Of a DNA stretch of 64,000 nt, positions 36,790 through 46,172 are shown one piece after another. Both the position numbers and the translations under genes were made by a program. The notes under the pieces were generated by a model. The model worked only from the letters and a program-made list of their open reading frames with translations. It did not search any database and was not told where the DNA came from. Numbering within the stretch: the first letter of the stretch is position 1; every line of letters starts with the position of its first letter. The stretch covers positions 2,243,317-2,307,316 of the forward strand of contig OZ244900.1 in assembly GCA_965221595.1 (NCBI GenBank). The letters are read 5' to 3'. This stretch comes from Vicinamibacterales bacterium. GTDB taxonomy: Bacteria; Acidobacteriota; Vicinamibacteria; Vicinamibacterales; UBA8438.

Positions 36790-39237
36790 ATGGCCAGATG
36801 TAGCGGGTTGCTCTTCGTCCTGCTGGTGCCCGGACTCGCGTCCGGCCCGGCGGCGGCGCAGTCGTTCGAAACCGACGTGACGCCGCTGCTGGAGACCTCG
36901 TGCCTGCAGTGCCACGGGCCGCGCACGGCGACGCCCCTGAACCTCACCGATCTCGGCTTCGATCTCACGGACCACGACACGTTCCGCGCGTGGCAGCGGA
37001 TCTACGAGCGGGTCGAACAGGGCGAAATGCCGCCGCCGGCCGCGCGAAGACCGAACGCGGCCCTCATGGATACGGCGCTCGACGCACTGAAACGAGCCCT
37101 CGTGTCGGCCAACCTGGCGGCCCGCGGTGAACAGCGCACGCCGCTGCGCCGGCTCACGCGGCTGGAATACGGTTACACCCTGCAGGATCTGCTGGGGATC
37201 GACGAGTACATCGCGACCGATCTCAGCCTGACGCTGCCCGCGGAAGCCGACTCCGGCGGGATGGATACGGTCGCGGCAAACCAGAGCATGTCGCCGCTGC
37301 ACGTACGCAGCTACCTGGAGGCGGCCGACCGGGCGCTCGACGCGGCCCTCGTGACCGGGCCGCCGCCGCCCACCGAGCCCTATCTCATCGACTACGCCAA
37401 GTCGCAGTACCTCTATTTCATCGGCCAGGCCCAGGCGCTGGGGCTGGGCAGCGTCAAGCAGCTCGACGACGCCTTCGTGCAGTTCTTCGATTTCACCTCG
37501 ACGTATACCTTCCACAGCAGCTCGGAAGGCTTCGGCGTGCCCTATCCGGGCCGCTACCGCGTCACGATTGACGCCTACCCGTACCAGGCGGACACGCCGG
37601 TCACGCTCATGGTGTACCGCGGCAGCCTGTCGGGCGTGGCCGCCTCGCTCGACGATCTGATCGGGTCGTTCGACCTGGAGGGACCGCGCACGATCGAATT
37701 GACCCCGTTCATGCGCCCGGGCCACCTCATCGGCGTGTCGCCCGCGGACCTCGACATGCCACCGGACGTCAACCCCTACGCGGAGTTGACGGACCCGTCG
37801 AAGGGCTACGCGCACGTCATCGACGACTGGCCGAGCGAGGGCATCGCGTTCAAGTCGATGACCATCGAAGGGCCGCTGTTCGACACGTGGCCCCCGCCGA
37901 GCACGCGCGCGCTGCTGGTCGGGGTCGACTTCGACGAGGACGGCGGGATTCGACTCACGAAGGACCCGTACGAGCACGTGGCGGACATCGTCGCGGCGTT
38001 CGCGCCGCGGGCGTTCCGCCGGCCGGTGGGCGACGACGAGCTGGAGGCCTACGCCAGCCTCGCCCGTCCGCTGCTGGCCGCGGGACGGCCGTTCGTCGAG
38101 GCCGTCCGCGTGCCGTTGCGCGCCATCCTGAGCGCGCCGCCGTTCCTGTTCCACGCCGGCGCGACGGGAGAGCTGGACGACTTCAGCCTGGCGACGCGGC
38201 TGTCCTATTTCCTGTGGCGCAGCCTGCCCGACACCGAGCTGTTCGACGCGGCACGTGGGGGAAACCTGTCCGATCCCGTGGTCCTGGGCCGCCAGGTCGA
38301 CCGCCTGCTCGCCGACGCGCGCAGCGAGCGCTTCGTCAAGGACTTCGCGGGGCAGGCGTTCCGACTGTACGAAATGAAGGCCACCTCGCCGGACCCGGGC
38401 CTCTATCCGGAGTTCGACGACCGTCTGGGACAGGCCATGGCACGGGAGACCGAGCAGTTTCTGGCCGAGCTGATCGCCCGGAACCTCGGCGCGGGGCACC
38501 TGATCGACGCCGACTTCACGTTCCTGAACCGCCGTCTGGCTGAGCACTACGGGATCCCCGACGTCAGGGGTCAGCAGATGCGGAAGGTGCAGTTGCCGCC
38601 GGACAGCCCGCGCGGTGGGCTGCTGGCGCAGGCGAGCATCCACAAGATTACGGCGAACGGGACGACCACGTCGCCGATTCCGCGCGGCAACTTCGTGCTG
38701 GCGAACCTGCTCGGCCGGCCGGCACCGCCGCCGCCGGAGGCGGTCGGCAACATCGAACCGGATACGCGCGGTACGACCACCATTCGCGAGCAGCTCGATG
38801 CACACCGCAATACGCCGGTCTGCATGAGCTGCCATCGCCGGATCGACCCGCCCGGATTCGCCCTCGAATCGTTCGACCCGATCGGCGGCTTCCGCACGCA
38901 CTACCGTACGTCTCCGCAACAGCTCGAGGCGCCGGGCGGTTTCACCTATTTCGGGCAGTACGGGGAAGGGCGCGCGGTGGACGCGAGCGGCGTGACGCCC
39001 GAGGGCGCCGCCTTTACCGGCATCGAGGAGTACAAGCAGCTGCTGCTCGCGACCGAGCTCGACCAGGTGGCGCGGCACCTCGCCTCGCAGTTGCTGGTGC
39101 TGGCGACCGGCGCCGAGATCGAGTTCGCCGACCGGGACAGCGTCCAACAGATCGTCGACGAGGGACGCGCGGCCGGTCACCCGGTCCGTACGATGATTCG
39201 CCAGGTCGTGCAGAGCGACCTGTTCAGGAGACAGTAG
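36790..39237 (+). CDS. DUF1592-domain diheme cytochrome c protein (copy 2, divergent subtype)
   Basis: CLQCH..MPP, RRLTRLEY, LATRLSYFLW, TSPIPRG, CMSCH..IDPPGFALE.FD. Confidence 0.9.
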   Translation: MARCSGLLFVLLVPGLASGPAAAQSFETDVTPLLETSCLQCHGPRTATPLNLTDLGFDLTDHDTFRAWQRIYERVEQGEMPPPAARRPNAALMDTALDALKRALVSANLAARGEQRTPLRRLTRLEYGYTLQDLLGIDEYIATDLSLTLPAEADSGGMDTVAANQSMSPLHVRSYLEAADRALDAALVTGPPPPTEPYLIDYAKSQYLYFIGQAQALGLGSVKQLDDAFVQFFDFTSTYTFHSSSEGFGVPYPGRYRVTIDAYPYQADTPVTLMVYRGSLSGVAASLDDLIGSFDLEGPRTIELTPFMRPGHLIGVSPADLDMPPDVNPYAELTDPSKGYAHVIDDWPSEGIAFKSMTIEGPLFDTWPPPSTRALLVGVDFDEDGGIRLTKDPYEHVADIVAAFAPRAFRRPVGDDELEAYASLARPLLAAGRPFVEAVRVPLRAILSAPPFLFHAGATGELDDFSLATRLSYFLWRSLPDTELFDAARGGNLSDPVVLGRQVDRLLADARSERFVKDFAGQAFRLYEMKATSPDPGLYPEFDDRLGQAMARETEQFLAELIARNLGAGHLIDADFTFLNRRLAEHYGIPDVRGQQMRKVQLPPDSPRGGLLAQASIHKITANGTTTSPIPRGNFVLANLLGRPAPPPPEAVGNIEPDTRGTTTIREQLDAHRNTPVCMSCHRRIDPPGFALESFDPIGGFRTHYRTSPQQLEAPGGFTYFGQYGEGRAVDASGVTPEGAAFTGIEEYKQLLLATELDQVARHLASQLLVLATGAEIEFADRDSVQQIVDEGRAAGHPVRTMIRQVVQSDLFRRQ

Positions 39238-39239
39238 GC

Positions 39240-40508
39240 ATGACAAGCAACGGACCGCTCGACCGCCGCACCTTCCTGCGCGCGTCCGGGGTCGCGCTGG
39301 CGCTGCCGCTGCTCGAATCGATGCACCCGGCGCTGGCGCGCGCGGCGGCCGCGTCGCCGAAGCGCCTGGTGACGATCTGCAGCACGCTTGGACTCTACTC
39401 GGATTCCTGGTTCCCGACGACGGCCGGCACCGACTATGAGGCGACCGAGTACCTGCGACTCATCGACGGCCACCGGGCGCGGTACTCGCTGTTCACGGGG
39501 TTCTCGCACGAAGAGCAGAGCGGCCGGCAGCCGCACAACTCGGAAATCACCTGGCTGACGGCCGCCCGGCGGCCCGGCCTCGACGGGTTCCGCAACACCA
39601 TCTCGCTCGACCAGGCAGCCGCGAACCACCTCGGGTACGTCACGCGGTTTCCTTCGATCGTCCTGGCCACGGCCACCTCGCAGAGTCAATCCTTCACGAC
39701 AAGCGGCGCGATGGTCCCGGCCGAGACCAGCCCGGCGCGCCTGTTCAGGAACCTGTTCCTGCAGGGCACACCCGAGGAGGTCGAGCGCGAGGCGCGGAGT
39801 CTCAACGACGGCGGCAGCATTCTCGATCGGCTCAAGTCGCAGACGGCGGCGCTGCGCCGCCGCGTCAGCGCGATCGACCAGCAGAAGCTCGACGCGTACT
39901 TCGAGGCGGTGCGCACGGCGGAGTTGGAGCTCGGCGAAGTGCAGGCCTGGCAGCAGCGGCCCAAGCCGGCCGTCGCTGCGGAGCAGCCGGAGGACATCCC
40001 GAACCCCGCCGATCTCATCGGACGCATCAAGGTGCTGTTCCGCATGCTGCCCCTGATCCTGGAGACCGACTCGTCGCGGGTCATCAGCCTCATGATCCAG
40101 GACCACGGCGTCGTGCCGCAGGTCGCGGGGGTGACCTCCGATCAGCACAGCCTGTCGCATCACGGCCAGGACGAGGCCAAGATCGCGCAGCTCAAGAGAG
40201 TCGAGGTCGAGATTGTCAAGGCATTCGGCGGCCTGTTGACCGAGCTCACCGAGCGCAGCGACGCCAACGGTCCGCTCCTCGACCAGACGACGGTTCTGTT
40301 CGGCAGCAATCTCGGCAACGCAAACGCGCACACGCCGGTCGACCTGCCCATTCTGGTCGCGGGCGGCGGCTTCTCCCACGGACGGCATATCGTGCACGAG
40401 GGCGAGCACAACGCACCGCTGTGCAACCTGTACGTGACGCTGCTCCGGAACATGGGCGTGGAGACCGACGCGTTCGGCCAGAGCACCGGGACGCTCACCT
40501 GGGCCTGA
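39240..40508 (+). CDS. DUF1552 (HxxSHH) Tat-exported protein (copy 2)
   Basis: DRRTFLRASG..LALPLLE, SLDQ, HSLSHH, FGSNLG..NAH. Confidence 0.9.
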   Translation: MTSNGPLDRRTFLRASGVALALPLLESMHPALARAAAASPKRLVTICSTLGLYSDSWFPTTAGTDYEATEYLRLIDGHRARYSLFTGFSHEEQSGRQPHNSEITWLTAARRPGLDGFRNTISLDQAAANHLGYVTRFPSIVLATATSQSQSFTTSGAMVPAETSPARLFRNLFLQGTPEEVEREARSLNDGGSILDRLKSQTAALRRRVSAIDQQKLDAYFEAVRTAELELGEVQAWQQRPKPAVAAEQPEDIPNPADLIGRIKVLFRMLPLILETDSSRVISLMIQDHGVVPQVAGVTSDQHSLSHHGQDEAKIAQLKRVEVEIVKAFGGLLTELTERSDANGPLLDQTTVLFGSNLGNANAHTPVDLPILVAGGGFSHGRHIVHEGEHNAPLCNLYVTLLRNMGVETDAFGQSTGTLTWA

Positions 40509-40539
40509 TCGGCATCTGCAGACAGACACGAGGGGAAGC

Positions 40540-41559
40540 GTGCGGGCCAGTACTCGACTGCCAGCCATTGCCGTTATCGGGTTGCTGCTGTCGGTGCCCT
40601 GCCTGGCGTGGGCGCAGACGGCGGGTCCGCCCCGCACACCCTGGGGCACGCCGGCGCTGGGCGGGCTCTGGGACTACAGCAGCATCACGCCGCTGCAGCG
40701 GCCGGAAGAGTTCGCGGACCAGGAATTCCTCACGGAGGAGCAGGCCGCAGCGCTGGAGCAGGCCGCCGTCGACCGCGAGCAGGCCATCCTGGCAGCGCCG
40801 GCGCGGCGCGCCGAGGCAGGTGACGCCGCGGGCGCCAACAGTCATGCCTGGCAGTGGGGTCTCGACTTCGGCACGCGGGTGGTCGCCGACCGGCGCACCT
40901 CCCGCATCATCGATCCGCCGCACGGCCGGTTTCCGGAGATGACCGCGGCTGGCCGGCGCGACCAGGCGCGGCGCAGGGGTTTCGGCGCCATCCTGCCCGC
41001 GGACGACTACCGCGACCTGGGACAGGGCGACCGCTGTCTGGCGCTCCACGGCCTGCCCATCTCGCCGCTGCCCTACAACAACCTGGTCCAGTTGCTCCAG
41101 ACGCCCGACCACTTCGCAATCTACGCCGAGGCGTTCCGCACCTGGCGCATCGTGCCCATCTCCAATCGGCCGCACGGCGTCATCCGGCAGCGCACGGGCG
41201 ATGCGCGTGCGCGCTGGGAGGGCGACACGCTGGTCGTGGAGACGACGCGCTTCTCGCACCGCCTGCAGCAGGTCGGCGCGGGCCGCAACATCCGTCGACT
41301 CGTCGAACGCTTCACACGCGAGCGCGAAGACCTCATCCGCTACGAGTACACCGTGGACGACCCCACACGCTGGACTGCCCCGTGGACCGCGGCCCTCTCG
41401 CTCCGGGCGACCGCCGGTCCGCTGTTCGAGGTGGCCTGCCACGAGGGCAACTACGCCATCGAGAACATCCTGCGCGGCGCCCGCGCACAGGACGGCACGC
41501 CGAAGGCCCCGGTAGCCGAGCCGGGCGTCATCTGCTGGGACTGCGAAGCGCAGCACTGA
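40540..41559 (+). CDS. Exported GxPxLxGxW...CHEGNY family protein
   Basis: WGTPALGGLW, TSRIIDPP.GR.P, DRCL, YNN, WEGDTLVV, ACHEGNY; C-terminal CWDC. Confidence 0.85.
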   Translation: MRASTRLPAIAVIGLLLSVPCLAWAQTAGPPRTPWGTPALGGLWDYSSITPLQRPEEFADQEFLTEEQAAALEQAAVDREQAILAAPARRAEAGDAAGANSHAWQWGLDFGTRVVADRRTSRIIDPPHGRFPEMTAAGRRDQARRRGFGAILPADDYRDLGQGDRCLALHGLPISPLPYNNLVQLLQTPDHFAIYAEAFRTWRIVPISNRPHGVIRQRTGDARARWEGDTLVVETTRFSHRLQQVGAGRNIRRLVERFTREREDLIRYEYTVDDPTRWTAPWTAALSLRATAGPLFEVACHEGNYAIENILRGARAQDGTPKAPVAEPGVICWDCEAQH

Positions 41560-41653
41560 CAGCTGCCGGCCGACGGGCCGCTCCTCCGCAACCCGCGCGG
41601 ACCGCACCGCAACGGCCGCGTACGTCCCACGCCTGCCCGCGGTCGAATTCGCC

Positions 41654-41659
41654 TAAGAT
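41654..41659 (+). promoter_or_regulatory. -10 hexamer of probable leaderless promoter
   Basis: TAAGAT, 6 nt, ATG 41666. Confidence 0.45.
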
Positions 41660-41665
41660 GGGGTC

Positions 41666-43012
41666 ATGCTGCCGAGATACGTCGGCGCGGTTCTGCTGGT
41701 CGCTCTGGGCGCCGGTGGCGCTCTGGTCTACCAGCGCGCCATGCCGACCGGCGACAGCGGTCCGGGGCGGGCGGGCGGCGGGCCGCCGGGCGGGTTCCGC
41801 CCGGGCGGGGGCCGGGGCGCGTTCGTCGCCCAGCCGCTGCGCGTGGATGCGGCGGGCGTCGTGCGGACCGACATCGCCGAGCAGCTCCAGCTCGTGGGCA
41901 ACCTGGTGGGTGCCGCCAGCGTCGAAGTCGCGCCGAAGATCAACGGTCGACTGCGGCGCATCGACGCACGGCTCGGCGATCCGGTGGCGCAGGGGCAGGA
42001 GATCGCGCGGGTGGAGGACGACGAGCTCCGCCAGCAGGTGAGCCAGGCCGAAGCCTCGTACGAGGTGGCGCGCGCGACCGTGCGGCAGCGCGAGGCCGAC
42101 CTGGTTCTGGCGCGAACGAACCGGGAGCGTTCGCAGGACCTGTTCGCCCGCGCGCTGCTGTCGCGCCAGGACCTCGACGATGCCGAGGCCCGCTACCAGG
42201 CGGCCAACGCCCAGCTCGACCTGGCGCGCGCGCAGTTCGACGCGGCCGGCGCCCGGCTCGAGGAGCTGCGCATCAACCTGGAGAACACCGTCATGGTGTC
42301 GCCGGTCGACGGCTTCATCGGACGGCGGTATCTGGATCCGGGCGCGTACGTGACGTCGAACACCGCCGTCGCGTCCGTGGTCGACATCAGCCTCGTCCGC
42401 CTGGTGGCCAACCTCGTCGAGCGCGACCTGCGGCTCGTGCAGGAGGGGCTGACGGCCCGCATCGAGGTCGACGCGTTCCCGTCCGAGACCTTCGAAGGCC
42501 GCGTGGCGCGGATTGCCCCGATCCTGGATCCAGCCACCCGGACGGCAGAGATCGAGATCGAGGTTCTCAACCCCGACTTCCGCCTGAAGCCAGGCATGTA
42601 CGCACGCGTCGCACTCGTCGTCGGCAGCAAGAGCCGGGCGTTGGCCGTGCCGCGCGAGGCGGTGGTCATCCGCAGCGCCGCCCGCGGAGCGTTCCGGGTG
42701 GACGACCGCGGCGAGGCGCCGACGGCGCAGTTCGTCGCCCTGGTGACCGGACTCGAAGACGAGCACCACGTCGAGGTGCTCGGCGGCCTGGCGGAGGGCG
42801 ACTGGGTGGTGACCACCGGCGCCGCAGGCCTGCAGCACGGCGACCCCATTCGACTGACGGCGGCCGGCAAGCCGGGCCGCAGACCGGCCGGATACCGCGC
42901 GGCGGAGGCGGCGCTGTCCGATCGCCGCCTGCGGGCGGGTGCCGCCGCCGACCGCCGCGCCCCGGCGGAGGTGGCCCCGGACCGCGCCGAGAAGGAGATT
43001 GAATCCCCATGA
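41666..43012 (+). CDS. RND efflux periplasmic adaptor (membrane fusion protein)
   Basis: N-terminal anchor, lipoyl halves (GD.V..GQ; SPVDG), coiled hairpin, DPATRT, LKPGMY. Confidence 0.93.
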   Translation: MLPRYVGAVLLVALGAGGALVYQRAMPTGDSGPGRAGGGPPGGFRPGGGRGAFVAQPLRVDAAGVVRTDIAEQLQLVGNLVGAASVEVAPKINGRLRRIDARLGDPVAQGQEIARVEDDELRQQVSQAEASYEVARATVRQREADLVLARTNRERSQDLFARALLSRQDLDDAEARYQAANAQLDLARAQFDAAGARLEELRINLENTVMVSPVDGFIGRRYLDPGAYVTSNTAVASVVDISLVRLVANLVERDLRLVQEGLTARIEVDAFPSETFEGRVARIAPILDPATRTAEIEIEVLNPDFRLKPGMYARVALVVGSKSRALAVPREAVVIRSAARGAFRVDDRGEAPTAQFVALVTGLEDEHHVEVLGGLAEGDWVVTTGAAGLQHGDPIRLTAAGKPGRRPAGYRAAEAALSDRRLRAGAAADRRAPAEVAPDRAEKEIESP

Positions 43013-46000
43013 GCCTGCCCGGCGTGGCTGTCCGGCGGCCGGTGACGATGTCCATGATCAGCATCGCGATCGTGCTGCTCGGCATCGTGGCGCTGTCCCG
43101 CCTGCCCGTCGATCTGATGCCCGACGTGACGTTCCCGAGCCTGACGGTGACGGTCGAGTACCCCGACGTCGGCCCGCTGGAGATGGAGGAGCTCGTCACC
43201 CGGCCCCTGGAACAGGCCGTGGCCGCGATCGCGGGTCTCGAGGAGGTGGTTTCCACCTCCCAGGAGGGTACGAGCCAGGTGCGCCTGAACTTCGGTTGGG
43301 GCACCGACCTGAACGAGGCAGCCGACGATCTGCGGTCGCGGCTGGACCGCATCCGGGGACGGCTGCCCGAGGACGCGGAGCCGCCGGTCGTCTTCAAGTT
43401 CGACGCCGCCAACGCGCCCATCATGTTCCTCGGACTGGAAGGTGACCTCGCGCCGGTGGCGCTGCGCGAGCTGGCCGAGAACGACCTCTCGTCGCGCCTG
43501 GAGCGGGTGCCCGGCGTGGCTGCGGTGACGGTGCGGGGCGGGCTGCGCCGGCAGATCCGCGTCGAGCTGGCCAAGGACAAGATCACCGCGCTCGACCTCG
43601 CGCTGAACGAGATCATCGACCTGCTGCAGACCGAGAACCAGAACGTGCCGATCGGGGAACTCGACGACGGCGACATGACCTACCTGTTGCGGAGCCCGGG
43701 GCAGTTCGCGAACCTCGACGACATCCGCAACGTGGTCGTGATGACGCGCGGCGGGGTCCCGGTCTACCTGCGCGACATCGCGGAGGTGACCGACGGCACG
43801 GAGGACCAGGAGGAACTGATCCGCATCAACGGACGGACGGCCGTCCAGATGGCGGTCAGCAAACAGTCCGGGCGTAACACCGTGGCGGTTGCGCGGGCCG
43901 TCCGCGCCGAGATCGATCGCATCAACACGGAAATGCCCGGGGTCCGCCTCATCACGCGCATGGACTCGGCGGTCTTCGTCGAGCGCTCGATCAACGCGGT
44001 GCGCAACGTCGTGCTGTGGGGCGCCGTGCTGGTCGTGGTGGTCCTGTTCGCCTTCCTGCGCAACGTGCGGACGACGCTCATCGTCTGCGCCGCCATCCCG
44101 ATATCCGTCATCGGGACGTTCGCGCTGGTCTATTTCGCCGGCTTCACTCTCAACACGCTGACGTTCGGTGGACTGGCGCTCGGCGTCGGCATGATCGTCG
44201 ACGCCTCGATTGTCGTGCTCGAGAACACGTTCCGGCACATGGAGGGCGGCAAGCGCCGCGCGGCCGCCAGCGTGGACGGCACGGAAGAGGTCAGCGGGGC
44301 TATTACGGCGTCGACCCTCACGCAGGTGGCGGTATTCCTGCCGCTGCTGTTTCTGACCGGGATCTCGAGCATCGTGTTCGGGCAGCTCGCCGTCGTCGTG
44401 ATGATCGCGCTCGCCATGTCGCTGTTCGTGGCCGTGACCCTGGTCCCGGTGATGACGTCGCGGCTGCTGCGCCTGCCGCCGCCGGCAGACCAGCGCAGCG
44501 GCGTCTACGGCCGGTTGCTGACGCTCAGCGAGCGCGGCCTGGAGCGGATCGACGACGTCTACCAGCACGCCATCCGCGCGGCGCTCGCCCACCGATTGAC
44601 GGTGCTGGCCACCGCCGGCGCGCTCGTCTGGGCGGCGGTGATGCTGGCGCCCGCCATTCCCGTCGAGCTGACCCCGGAGGTCGACGAGGGCGAGCTCCGC
44701 ATCTACGCGGAGCTGCCGATCGGAACCCGCTTCGAGCGGACCCGCGACGTCATGCTGACGCTGGAGGAGCGCATCAGGACGGAGGTGCCCGAGTCCGTCA
44801 ACGTCACCACCCAGGTCGGCGGCGGCCGCGGGCCGTTCGGGGGCGGGTCCAGCCACCGCGGATCGATGACCGTGACGCTCGTCGAAAAGATCGCGCGGGA
44901 ACGGACGAGCAACGAGATCGCGATCGCGCTGCGCCGCTCGTTGAACGACCTGCCCGGCGTCATCGTCAGGACGCGGGCCTCCGGCGGCAACCGCATGATG
45001 ACGCGGCTGATGCGCAGCGGCTCCGGCGACGACGCGCGGCTGGCGCTGGAGATCCGCGGGCACGACCTCGAGGACGCCCGCCGGGTGTCGGAACGGGCCG
45101 TGGCGGTGATGAACAACACCGTCGGGGTCGCCGACGCGGAGGTGGCAACCGAGCACGGACGTCCGGAGCTCGCGGTCCAGGTCGATCGGGCCAAAGCGGC
45201 GCTGCTCGGGCTCCGCGTGTCGCAGGTGGCCGACGCGCTGCGCACCGGCGTGGCCGGCACCGAGGCCGCCTTCTACCGCGAGCGGGGCGACGAGTACCCC
45301 ATCGTCGTGCGGCTCCGCGAGGCGGACCGGGTGCGGACGGGCGACATCAACGATGTCCCGCTGCGCACGCCGACGGGGATGGTGATACCTGCCCGCACCG
45401 TCATCGCCGTGCGGGCCGACTCCGGCCCCGGGCAGATCGAGCGCAAGAACCAGGAGCGGATCGTCCGGGTGAACGCGGAGATCGAGACGACGCTGAGCGA
45501 AGCGGTCGCCGCCGTCAACGCGCGGATCCCGGAACTGGAGGCACCGACCGATTTCGCAGTCGGCTTCGGTGCCGAGGTCGAGGAGCAGGCTCGCTCGTTC
45601 GGGCAGATGGGACTCGTCCTGATGCTGGCCATGTTCCTCGTCTACGCGGTGATGGCCGCGCAGTTCGAGTCGCTGCGCGACCCGTTCATCATCCTGCTCT
45701 CGATCCCGCTCGCCGGCATCGGCATCGTCGGGTCGCTGCTCGTCACCGGAACCCCGTTCAGCATCCAGGCGTTCATGGGCGTCATCGTCCTCGGGGGGCT
45801 CGTCGTCAACAATGCCATCCTGCTCGTCGACTACACGAACATCCTGCGGCGCCGCGACGGGCTGGCGCTGCGCGCGGCCGTGGAGCAGGCCGGTCGTACG
45901 CGGCTGCGCCCGATCCTGATGACCACCACGACCACCCTGCTCGGGATGCTGCCGATGGCGCTGGGTATCGGCGAGGGATCGGAGCTGCAGGCGCCGCTCG

Positions 46001-46140
46001 CCCGTGTGATAATCGGCGGGCTGGCGTCGTCGACGCTGGTGACCCTGATCGTGGTGCCGGTCGTCTACACCCTGTTCGAGGAAGGCCTGGGCGCGCTGTC
46101 GCGGCGGCCGCGGCAGGCGCCGGCGCGGGCTGCGCCGTGA
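43009..46140 (+). CDS. RND efflux permease (AcrB/MdtC/SwrC-like)
   Basis: 1043 aa; RRPV, GMIVDASIVVLEN, QFES..PF.I, VNNAILLVD, RLRPILMT; ATGA overlap with adaptor. Confidence 0.95.
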   Translation: MSLPGVAVRRPVTMSMISIAIVLLGIVALSRLPVDLMPDVTFPSLTVTVEYPDVGPLEMEELVTRPLEQAVAAIAGLEEVVSTSQEGTSQVRLNFGWGTDLNEAADDLRSRLDRIRGRLPEDAEPPVVFKFDAANAPIMFLGLEGDLAPVALRELAENDLSSRLERVPGVAAVTVRGGLRRQIRVELAKDKITALDLALNEIIDLLQTENQNVPIGELDDGDMTYLLRSPGQFANLDDIRNVVVMTRGGVPVYLRDIAEVTDGTEDQEELIRINGRTAVQMAVSKQSGRNTVAVARAVRAEIDRINTEMPGVRLITRMDSAVFVERSINAVRNVVLWGAVLVVVVLFAFLRNVRTTLIVCAAIPISVIGTFALVYFAGFTLNTLTFGGLALGVGMIVDASIVVLENTFRHMEGGKRRAAASVDGTEEVSGAITASTLTQVAVFLPLLFLTGISSIVFGQLAVVVMIALAMSLFVAVTLVPVMTSRLLRLPPPADQRSGVYGRLLTLSERGLERIDDVYQHAIRAALAHRLTVLATAGALVWAAVMLAPAIPVELTPEVDEGELRIYAELPIGTRFERTRDVMLTLEERIRTEVPESVNVTTQVGGGRGPFGGGSSHRGSMTVTLVEKIARERTSNEIAIALRRSLNDLPGVIVRTRASGGNRMMTRLMRSGSGDDARLALEIRGHDLEDARRVSERAVAVMNNTVGVADAEVATEHGRPELAVQVDRAKAALLGLRVSQVADALRTGVAGTEAAFYRERGDEYPIVVRLREADRVRTGDINDVPLRTPTGMVIPARTVIAVRADSGPGQIERKNQERIVRVNAEIETTLSEAVAAVNARIPELEAPTDFAVGFGAEVEEQARSFGQMGLVLMLAMFLVYAVMAAQFESLRDPFIILLSIPLAGIGIVGSLLVTGTPFSIQAFMGVIVLGGLVVNNAILLVDYTNILRRRDGLALRAAVEQAGRTRLRPILMTTTTTLLGMLPMALGIGEGSELQAPLARVIIGGLASSTLVTLIVVPVVYTLFEEGLGALSRRPRQAPARAAP

Positions 46141-46160
46141 CCCACCCCGTCCCCCCGGTG

Positions 46161-46166
46161 TAGCAT
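46161..46166 (+). promoter_or_regulatory. -10 hexamer of probable leaderless promoter
   Basis: TAGCAT, 6 nt, ATG 46173. Confidence 0.45.
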
Positions 46167-46172
46167 TGGCGC

